A program made the position numbers and the translations under genes. A stretch of DNA of 64,000 bases from Verrucomicrobiia bacterium. Its GTDB lineage: Bacteria; Verrucomicrobiota; Verrucomicrobiia; Limisphaerales; JADLHS01. Position 1 is the first letter of the stretch. Each line of letters opens with the position of its first letter. The notes under the pieces were generated by a model. The model was given only the letters and a program-made list of their open reading frames with translations. It was not told the DNA's origin and searched no databases. Location of the stretch: contig DASUGI010000113.1 in the NCBI GenBank assembly GCA_036274115.1, forward strand, positions 14,211 through 78,210, given 5' to 3'. Below, in pieces: positions 56,702-64,000 of this stretch.

Positions 56702-56800
56702 CGCGTCCTTGCCGACGCCTCTCTGATGGTCGCGGTGTGTTCGCACATCGCAAAGTGATTCACCGTAGGTCTTAGCCTGTGTGCTTTGGTCTAATTGATT

Positions 56801-58111
56801 ATGAAACGATTGAACTTTTGGTTGCCGCTTGTGACGACTGTGCTGATCGGCGCGATGACGCCGAACGCAGTGTGTCAGGAGACGAACTCCATTCCGCCCA
56901 CCGCAAGCGTGTCGTTGGACACGCTCGTGACCGAAGCGTTGGAGAAAAATCCTGAACTCAAATTCTATGAAGCGGAATTGGCTGTCGCACGGGCCGGCCG
57001 CAAGAGCGCTGGGTTATGGGCCAACCCGGAAGTGAGCGGCAGCATAGGCCAGAAACGCACCACCGCCGGCGGGCTTTCCGAGGAAGGCCTCGCCTGGTCA
57101 GCCAGCGTGGTGCAACCCTTCGAATGGCCCGGCCGGATGGGCCTGCGCAAAGCAATTGCGAATCGCGACATCGAACTTGCTGAACTGGGCTATCAACGAT
57201 TCAAGGTCGCGCTCGCGTCACGCGTTCGCACGCTCGCGTACGGGCTGTTTGCCGCACAGGAGAAATCCGCCGCCGCCAGCGAAGTGGCCGAACGGTTCAA
57301 GGCGCTCCGCGAGATCCTGATTCAACGCGATCCCGCCGGCCTCACGCCGCTGCTGGAAACCCGTGTCATCGAAGCCACCGAACTCAACGCGCAACGCAAA
57401 GCCACCGAAGCCCAACTCGCCGTCGACTCGGCCTTGCTGGAGTTGAATCAACTTCGCGGCCAGCCCACTGGCACGCGGGTTGTCATCGCCCCATCGCAAC
57501 TGGATTTCCGCCCACTGGAAGAACGCGAGCGCCTGCTTGCGCTTGCACGCACCAACAACTTTGAAATGCGGATGCGCGCCGCCGAACTCGCCCAACAGGG
57601 CTTCCGGGTCGATCTTGCCAGGAACGAACGCTACCCCGCCATCTCTGTTGGTCCGAGCATTTCGGAGGAAAATGCCGGTGATCGTGAGCGGATCATCGGT
57701 GTGGCAGTATCCCTGCCCCTGCCCCTTTGGAATCGCAACAGCGGGAACATCGAAGTCGCTAAAGCACGCCAAACCCAGGCGGAGGTTTCCCTGCAAGTCA
57801 CCGAGCGCGAAATCCAACGGCAAGTCCTCGCCGCCGCATTGACCTACGAAACCAAGTTGCGCGAGATGGCCAAGTGGCGTCCAGACTCCGTGCAGCATTT
57901 CAAGGAAGCCGCCGAACTCGCGGACCGTCACTACCGTCTCGGCGCCGTACCGATTTCCACCTACGTCGAATTGCAGCAGCAATATCTCGAAGCCGTCGAA
58001 AGTTTGCTCGACACCAAACGCGAAGCACTCGCCGCCGCCGCGCAACTCGAAGTGCTCACCGGACTGCCCGAGCCGCTCGCACGCAGCACAGCGGGAGGAG
58101 AATCAAAGTGA
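56801..58111 (+). CDS. TolC-family outer membrane factor (CzcC-like)
   Basis: ALEKNPEL, ANPEV, QPFEWPG, SLPLPLWNRNSGNI, YRLG. Confidence 0.9.
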   Translation: MKRLNFWLPLVTTVLIGAMTPNAVCQETNSIPPTASVSLDTLVTEALEKNPELKFYEAELAVARAGRKSAGLWANPEVSGSIGQKRTTAGGLSEEGLAWSASVVQPFEWPGRMGLRKAIANRDIELAELGYQRFKVALASRVRTLAYGLFAAQEKSAAASEVAERFKALREILIQRDPAGLTPLLETRVIEATELNAQRKATEAQLAVDSALLELNQLRGQPTGTRVVIAPSQLDFRPLEERERLLALARTNNFEMRMRAAELAQQGFRVDLARNERYPAISVGPSISEENAGDRERIIGVAVSLPLPLWNRNSGNIEVAKARQTQAEVSLQVTEREIQRQVLAAALTYETKLREMAKWRPDSVQHFKEAAELADRHYRLGAVPISTYVELQQQYLEAVESLLDTKREALAAAAQLEVLTGLPEPLARSTAGGESK

Positions 58112-58112
58112 G

Positions 58113-58440
58113 CCGGAACGCTCGCCCTCACTCCGGCCCTCTCCCCCAGGAGAGGAGGAAACCCGCTTCCGCCTCACCAGCAGCAAAGCGACAGGATTGC
58201 TCGAGGCTTTGTCTTCCAAATGAGCAAAAGACTGAAGCTGACATCGTCCTTTACGAATCACCCAACCGCATCACGTCACACTGCCTCTCGACGAACCGGA
58301 GCGCCTCCTCTCCCCGTCCCTCTCCTCCATTCGGAATGGAGGAGAGGGTGGCCGGAGGCCCGGAGAAGAGGTGCTCCATTGTTCGAAGGTTCAAAGCGCT
58401 GACCTCGTTTGGGAAAAATCTCCCCCGAGAGGGGCCCGAA
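58113..58440. repeat. Insert with CCCTCTCC..GGAGAGG palindromes (family H) between czcC and czcB
   Basis: CCCTCACTCCGGCCCTCTCCCCCAGGAGAGG (58125-58155), CCCTCTCCTCCATTC-G-GAATGGAGGAGAGGG (58318-58348); AAGTGAG direct repeat at 58106 and 58439. Confidence 0.7.
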
Positions 58441-59214
58441 GTGAGAACGAGCGTTAATCTAATATTGATTGCCTTGCTCCTCATTCTCACTGGTTGTGGC
58501 CACAAGCACGAAGCGGGAGACGGACACAGCCACGACAAGGATGGTCACGGCCATGCGGAAGAATCGCCCTCGGGCGCGTCCTTCAAACCGAACCAGGGTG
58601 TGCTCGTGACCGACGAGACGCGGAAGATTCTCGACCTGCAAACCGCCGAAGTCGCGGAGCAAAAGCTGCCCGCGCAAATCCGTTTCAACCTGCAGGTTTT
58701 CGGCGAAAAGCATCATCACGCCCTCCAGGAGGCCGACCACACCGGATGCGATGTTCACGGCTCGGGATTTCTTCCGCCAGACAAGGTCACTTCCGTTCGC
58801 GCCGGTCAGCCCGTCCAGGTGCAGACCCGCGACAATACTGCGCTAACCGGAGCCGTTCTCGCCGTCGAACCGGCGCTTGCCCTTGGCGAAACTGAAATCA
58901 TCGTCGGCCTCACCAACGCGACTCATAAGGTGAAGCCGGGTGAATTCCTCTCCGCCGTCATCACCCAACCTCGCGACAACACGGTCATGGTCATTCCACG
59001 CTCCGCCCTGCTGCGTACCGCGGAAGGCACCTTTGTTTATACGGTAAACGGCGATGCCTACATGCGGACCGCAGTCAGGATTGGCACCGAAGCCGACGGA
59101 AAACTGGAAATAACTGACGGCCTGTCAGCCGGTGATTCCGTCGTCACCAAACCGGTCGAAACGCTTTGGCTTGTCGAACTCCGCGCCACCAAGGGCGGCG
59201 GGCATTCCCACTAA
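58441..59214 (+). CDS. His-rich, shortened RND adaptor lipoprotein (CzcB-like); alternative in-frame start GTG 58108
   Basis: Lipobox LTGC, HKHEAGDGHSHDKDGHGH, VRAGQPV, VKPGEFL, IPRSALL, VRIG..EITDGLSAGDSVV. Confidence 0.82.
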   Translation: MRTSVNLILIALLLILTGCGHKHEAGDGHSHDKDGHGHAEESPSGASFKPNQGVLVTDETRKILDLQTAEVAEQKLPAQIRFNLQVFGEKHHHALQEADHTGCDVHGSGFLPPDKVTSVRAGQPVQVQTRDNTALTGAVLAVEPALALGETEIIVGLTNATHKVKPGEFLSAVITQPRDNTVMVIPRSALLRTAEGTFVYTVNGDAYMRTAVRIGTEADGKLEITDGLSAGDSVVTKPVETLWLVELRATKGGGHSH

Positions 59215-59221
59215 TTTAAAA

Positions 59222-59806
59222 ATGATGAACTCTCCTGAAACCAAACAACTCCAATCGAAGAAAACCCTCGCCAGCTTCATTTTCCTGAGCCGCTGGCTGC
59301 AAGCCCCGCTCTACCTGGGCTTGATCATCGCGCAGGCAGTTTATGTCTGTCGTTTCCTGCTCGAACTGTGGCATCTCATCGGCTTCGCTCTGTTCAATCA
59401 TGCTGCGCCGGCGTCCATTCCCAAGGACGTCACGGACCCGGAAATGGTCGTGATGCTGACCGTGCTGGGACTGATTGATGTCGTCATGATCGCCAATCTG
59501 CTCATCATGGTGATCGTTGGTGGTTATGAAACGTTTGTGTCGCGCCTCCAACTTAAAGACCACCCCGACCAACCGGAATGGTTATCCCACGTGAATGCCG
59601 GCATTCTCAAAGTCAAACTGGCCACGGCGCTCATCGGCATCTCTTCAATCCACCTGCTCAAGACATTCATTAACGCCGCCAACAAAGACATGGAAGAAAA
59701 GACCATGCTTTGGCAGGTCATCATCCACGTAACCTTCGTGGCATCGGCCATCGCACTGGCGTGGATTGATCGCCTGACGTTCAAGCCGGCCAGCGCTGAA
59801 CATTGA
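59222..59806 (+). CDS. YqhA / UPF0114 (TIGR00645-like) membrane protein
   Basis: SRWLQAPLYLGL, VLGLIDVVMIANLLIMVIVGGYETFVSRL, PEWLSHVNA..LKVKL, ISSIHLLKTF. Confidence 0.88.
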   Translation: MMNSPETKQLQSKKTLASFIFLSRWLQAPLYLGLIIAQAVYVCRFLLELWHLIGFALFNHAAPASIPKDVTDPEMVVMLTVLGLIDVVMIANLLIMVIVGGYETFVSRLQLKDHPDQPEWLSHVNAGILKVKLATALIGISSIHLLKTFINAANKDMEEKTMLWQVIIHVTFVASAIALAWIDRLTFKPASAEH

Positions 59807-59815
59807 CTCCCGCCC

Positions 59816-62800
59816 ATGCTCAATCGCCTCCTGGAATTCTCCGTCCGCCAGCGCGTATTCGTGCTGTTGGCGACGTTGGTTCTGATTGGCATTGGCATTT
59901 ACTCCGCGCTCCGGCTGCCGATCGATGCCGTGCCGGACATCACCAACGTGCAGGTGCAGGTGAACACCGTCGTGCCCGCGCTCGCGCCCGAGGAAATTGA
60001 AAAGCTCGTCACCTTTCCGATCGAAAACGAAATGGCCGGCATTCCCGGACTCACCGAACTACGTTCGCTCTCCAAGTTCGGCTTGTCTCAGGTAACGCTG
60101 GTCTTCGAGGAAGGCACGGACATCTATCGCTCCCGCCAACTGGTGAGCGAACGCTTGCAGACGGTTGTCGAAGACTTGCCCGCGGGCCTCACGCCAAAGC
60201 TCGCGCCCATCAGCACGGGCCTGGGCGAAATCTTTTACTACGTCGTGGAGTATGAAGCGAACCTCAATCGCGGCACGCTCTCATTAGCACCGGGCTTCAG
60301 CCCGGTGAATGGCGGCGCGGAATCACCTTCAGCCGCTTCAGCGGCTTCCCGCCCGGATGAAACCGTTGAAACGGTTTCTGACATTGCGCCACAAAACGCC
60401 GGGCTGAAGCCCGGTGCTAATGAAAACCGGATTCCCGCAACCCGCGAAGCCCAGTTGATGGAGCTAAAGCTCATTCACGATTATCAAATCAGGCCGCGTC
60501 TTCGCTCCACCCCCGGCCTTGCCGAAGTCAATTCCTCCGGCGGCTACGAAAAACAAATCGTCATCCAGCCCAATCCCGACAAACTCAAGAGCGTCGGCAT
60601 GTCCTTCAGCGAAATCGCCGACGCCATCGGTGAAAACGTCGAAAACGCCGGCGGCAGCGTCATCCAACTCGGTGGCGAACAGGTCGCCGTGCGCGCCGCG
60701 GGTCGCGTGCAAACGGTTGAGGAGATCGAACAACTACCCTTGAAGTTTGGTTCGCGCGCCACCCCCTTGCGCGTTCGCGACGTCGCGGATGTGACCATCG
60801 GCAAATCCGTTCGCACCGGCGCTTCCACTTACAACGGTGAGGAAGCCGTGCTGGGCGCCGCGTTGATGCTTGCGGGCGAGAACAGCCGGCTGGTTGCGAA
60901 CGCCGTGGACGCCAAGCTCAAGGAGATTCAGCCGAAGCTTCCTCCCGGCGTGAAAATCATCCCGGTTTACGACCGCACCGTGCTGGTGGACCGCACGATT
61001 CGCACCGTGGAAACGAGTTTGTTTGAAGGCGCCATTCTCGTCGTGGCCGTCCTGCTCATCATGCTCGGCAACTGGCGCGCCGCGCTCATCGTGGCGCTGG
61101 CAATTCCCCTTTCCCTTCTGTTCGCCATGACCGGCATGGTGCAAGGTCGCATCTCCGGCAACCTCATGAGCCTTGGCGCAATCGACTTCGGCCTCATCAT
61201 TGATGGCGCGGTGGTGATGGTGGAGAACATCATCCGGCATCTCGGCGAGAAGCAGCACAAACTCGGACGCCGCCTCACTCCCACGGAACGAGCGCACGAA
61301 GTGCTCATTTCCGCGAAGGAAGTCGCCAGCCCGATGTTCTTCGGCGTGGTCATCATCACTGTGGTTTACTTTCCCATCCTCGCGCTCACGGGCATCGAAG
61401 GAAAAATGTTCAAGCCGATGGCTATAACGGTCATCTTCGCGTTGGTCGGCGCGCTGGCCTTGTCGCTAACGCTCATGCCGGCGCTCTGCTCCTATTTTCT
61501 CGGCGGCAACATCAAGGAGGAAGACAGCTTCCTCGTGAAGTTCGCCAAGCGACTCTATGCCCCCACGCTAAATTACGTAATGCATCACCGCTGGCCGGTC
61601 TCTGGCGGCGCGGTCGGACTGCTGGTTCTTGCCGGATTTCTTTTCACCCGCCTTGGCGCTGAGTTCGTACCGCAACTGGATGAAGGCTCTTTCGCCACGC
61701 ACATGATTCGCACCACCAGCATCGGCATTGACGCCAGCGTGGACATGCAAAAGCGCGGCGAGAAGGTGCTCTTGGAGAAATTCCTGGAGGTCGACTACAC
61801 GTTCAGTCGTCTCGGTACCGCCGAAGTCGCCACTGACCCGATGGGCGTCAACGTTGCGGACACTTACATCATGTTCAAGCCGCCCGAGACGTGGCGGAAG
61901 ATTGATGGCCGCACTGCCACCAAAGATCAACTCGCCAATCTCATGGCTGAGGAACTCGGCAAGCACGTCCCTGGCGAAGCGCATTTGTTCAGTCAACCCA
62001 TCGAAATGCGCTTCAACGAAATTCTCGAAGGCACCCGCGCCGACATCGCGGTGAAAGTGTTCGGCGAAGACTTCGCCGAAATCGAACGGATCGCCAGCGA
62101 AGCCCGCGAGATCCTGGAGAAGATTCCCGGCGCAGCCGACGTGGAATTCGACGCCCTTGGCAAATCACCCTTGCTCGAAATCATTCCCAAGCGCGAGGCC
62201 ATGAGCAAATACAACCTGCACGCGGCTGAGTTGAATCGCGTGGTCAACACTGCACTCGCCGGTCAGGAAGTGGGCAAGCTCATTGACGGCAACCGCCGTT
62301 TCGACATCGTCGTGCGGCTGAGTGAAGACCTGCGCGAACAGATGGACGAACTCAAGCGTCTGCCCGTACGCGTGGACGATGGCGGCTTGCTCACGCTCGG
62401 CCAGATCGCGGACTTCAAAGTCTCCGAACAGGTCGCCGCCATCACGCGAGAATTCGGTCAACGCCGCGCGGCCATCATGATCAACCTGCGCGGGCGCGAC
62501 GTGGAAAGCTTCGTCCTCGAAGCTCAGCAAAAGATTGCTCAAATCAAACTACCCGAGGGCTACTCCATCGAGTTCGGTGGTCAGTTCAAGAACTTGCAGG
62601 AAGCTCGCGCCCGACTCTCCATCGTCGTACCGGTCGCACTCGCGCTGATCTTCGTGCTCGTGTTCATGGCCCTTCACAGTTTGCGCCAAACGCTGCTGGT
62701 TTATACCGGCATTCCCCTGGCCGTGACGGGCGGCGTGTTTGCGTTGTGGGCGCGTGGACTGCCCTTCAGCATTTCCGCGGGCATCGGCTTCATCGCGCTT

Positions 62801-63097
62801 TCCGGCGTCGCCGTGTTGAACGGGTTGATGATGATTTCCTACTTCAACCTGCTGCGCGAACAAGGCCGCGATGTGACCACCAGCGTTCGTGAAGGCGCGA
62901 TGACCCGATTGCGCCCCGTGCTGATGACTGCCTTGGTTGCCTCGCTGGGTTTCGTTCCGATGGCGATTGCCACTGGCGCCGGCGCGGAAGTGCAACGCCC
63001 GCTGGCCACCGTCGTCATTGGCGGCATCCTGAGCTCCACTTTCCTCACCCTCGTTTTGCTCCCGACGCTTTACGAGTGGTTGGAGCGAAATCGGTAG
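59816..63097 (+). CDS. czcA: CusA/CzcA heavy-metal efflux RND permease with in-frame palindromic insertion
   Basis: LPIDAVPDITNVQVQ, GLGEI, SLGAIDFGLIIDGAVVMVEN, RLRPVLMTA, QRPLATVVIGG. Confidence 0.93.
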   Translation: MLNRLLEFSVRQRVFVLLATLVLIGIGIYSALRLPIDAVPDITNVQVQVNTVVPALAPEEIEKLVTFPIENEMAGIPGLTELRSLSKFGLSQVTLVFEEGTDIYRSRQLVSERLQTVVEDLPAGLTPKLAPISTGLGEIFYYVVEYEANLNRGTLSLAPGFSPVNGGAESPSAASAASRPDETVETVSDIAPQNAGLKPGANENRIPATREAQLMELKLIHDYQIRPRLRSTPGLAEVNSSGGYEKQIVIQPNPDKLKSVGMSFSEIADAIGENVENAGGSVIQLGGEQVAVRAAGRVQTVEEIEQLPLKFGSRATPLRVRDVADVTIGKSVRTGASTYNGEEAVLGAALMLAGENSRLVANAVDAKLKEIQPKLPPGVKIIPVYDRTVLVDRTIRTVETSLFEGAILVVAVLLIMLGNWRAALIVALAIPLSLLFAMTGMVQGRISGNLMSLGAIDFGLIIDGAVVMVENIIRHLGEKQHKLGRRLTPTERAHEVLISAKEVASPMFFGVVIITVVYFPILALTGIEGKMFKPMAITVIFALVGALALSLTLMPALCSYFLGGNIKEEDSFLVKFAKRLYAPTLNYVMHHRWPVSGGAVGLLVLAGFLFTRLGAEFVPQLDEGSFATHMIRTTSIGIDASVDMQKRGEKVLLEKFLEVDYTFSRLGTAEVATDPMGVNVADTYIMFKPPETWRKIDGRTATKDQLANLMAEELGKHVPGEAHLFSQPIEMRFNEILEGTRADIAVKVFGEDFAEIERIASEAREILEKIPGAADVEFDALGKSPLLEIIPKREAMSKYNLHAAELNRVVNTALAGQEVGKLIDGNRRFDIVVRLSEDLREQMDELKRLPVRVDDGGLLTLGQIADFKVSEQVAAITREFGQRRAAIMINLRGRDVESFVLEAQQKIAQIKLPEGYSIEFGGQFKNLQEARARLSIVVPVALALIFVLVFMALHSLRQTLLVYTGIPLAVTGGVFALWARGLPFSISAGIGFIALSGVAVLNGLMMISYFNLLREQGRDVTTSVREGAMTRLRPVLMTALVASLGFVPMAIATGAGAEVQRPLATVVIGGILSSTFLTLVLLPTLYEWLERNR
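60281..60423. repeat. 143-bp palindromic element (family G) inside czcA
   Basis: 25-bp perfect terminal inverted repeats TCATTAGCACCGGGCTTCAGCCCGG; inner hairpins AGCCGCTTCAGCGGCT and AAACCGTTGAAACGGTTT. Confidence 0.9.
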
Positions 63098-63159
63098 GGA
63101 CGAGTTCCACCTCGTCCCAAACTTAAACCAAATCAGGGACCGGTGGAACGCGTCCCTAC
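63094..63159. repeat. GTAG-type REP doublet, family F, overlapping czcA stop
   Basis: GTAGGGACGAGTTCCACCTCGTCCC ... GGGACCGGTGGAACGCGTCCCTAC. Confidence 0.85.
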
Positions 63160-63168
63160 CAACCCAAT

Positions 63169-63625
63169 ATGAAATCCATCAAACTATTCACCCTCGCCGT
63201 CGCAGTGTGCGCCACCCTCGCATTGCCGGCCCTCGCCCAGGAAAACCACGGTCATTCACACGTTGCCACTCCCAAAGGCGGACGCGCCCTCGACAAAACC
63301 TCGCCGCTCGCTGAGTTGGTCATCGAGAAGGACCGCACCGTTACCATCAACTTTTACATCGCGGACACGAAACCCGTCGCCGTCACCACGCAGACCGTCA
63401 CCCTCATCGCCGACGCAAAGAGCGGCAAACAAACCCTTGAGTTTGAGAAGAAGGGTGACCCGTTGGCGAGCAAGACCAAGCTGCCCGAAGGCGACGGGTA
63501 CAATCTGGTGGTGCAATTCAAAACAAACCGCCGAAGCCAAGCCACAGAACTTCCGCTTCAAGCTCGACCTCCGCACCTGTGGCGAATGCAAGCGCGCGGA
63601 ATACGCCTGCGCCTGCCATCACTGA
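63169..63625 (+). pseudogene. Frameshifted periplasmic His/Cys-rich putative metal-binding protein
   Basis: Signal peptide + HGHSH..PKGGR; removing one A from the A4 run at 63520-63523 joins ..VVQFK to QTAEAKPQNFRFKLDLRTCGECKRAEYACACHH*. Confidence 0.7.
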
Positions 63626-63738
63626 TATCGGCACTTGGAAATCCGGCTGGACAGGCATTTCTCAAAGGCCCAGCCTTGCGCCATGAACCAACATGGACTG
63701 CAGCTTGAGCTCTACCAGACGTCAGTTGCCTTGCGCGC

Positions 63739-64000
63739 ATGAACATTCCCGGCATCACTTGGCAGGGCGAAAGCATTGATGACGTCGAGATATTGCGCGA
63801 GCTGCCTTCGGACCTGGCCCGAATACTAAGCGACACCAACGGCTTCATTGTTCACGACGGGGCTTTGCATGTTCGAGGAGCTTGTTTGACACCAGAGTGG
63901 CATTCGCTTCGCGAAGCACTGCACGGCACGACGGCGCTACACAAACTTTATGAGAGCGTTCATCCGAGCGACATCCCTTTCGCACAAGACCAGGTCGGCG
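63739..64000 (+). CDS. SMI1/KNR4 (SUKH)-like protein, N-terminal part (runs off window)
   Basis: Manual translation: MNIPGITWQG..LPSDLARILSDTNGFIVHDGALHVRG..IPFAQDQVG (LP..L..NG and IPFAxDxxG pattern). Confidence 0.6.
   Translation, partial: MNIPGITWQGESIDDVEILRELPSDLARILSDTNGFIVHDGALHVRGACLTPEWHSLREALHGTTALHKLYESVHPSDIPFAQDQVG

Noticed and set aside
57874..58107. ORF-track N-terminal extension of the CzcB-like gene
   Set aside because: Overlaps czcC out of frame; SD and GTGA coupling point to 58108, and the signal peptide to 58441

Overview
GC-rich bacterial chromosomal window whose gene content points to Verrucomicrobiota (Pedosphaera/Limisphaera-like; inferred from PVC-type heme-c dehydrogenase, membrane-anchored ECF sigma, lamin-tail/CotH giant protein and RAYT type). 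It has about 50 CDS, no rRNA, tRNA or CRISPR. Housekeeping and transport genes include rho, acnA, kup, PhoB/PhoR-like genes, several ABC systems, AsmA and a GH105-GH28 fusion. Best signals: (1) a heavy-metal RND operon headed by a Cys-containing, signal-peptide-bearing leader ORF ending in a RAPx arrest-like motif. The operon also has an adaptor whose lipoyl and hairpin modules seem replaced by a His/Cys loop, an embedded YqhA-like gene and a frameshifted CxxC..CxCHH protein. (2) A RAYT transposase carrying its own REP doublet in frame, stopped by one C>T change inside the REP. At least eight palindrome families occur in the window, several inserted in frame in proteins (CzcA, AcnA, CzcB N-terminus) or supplying stop codons. 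(3) An ankyrin-NADAR fusion. (4) A LMW phosphatase-RpiB-GlyA triple fusion next to an apparently dead S41 protease. (5) A c-di-AMP riboswitch before kup, a triple Pho box, and widespread leaderless gene starts. All family calls come from motif recognition by eye; no database searches were run.
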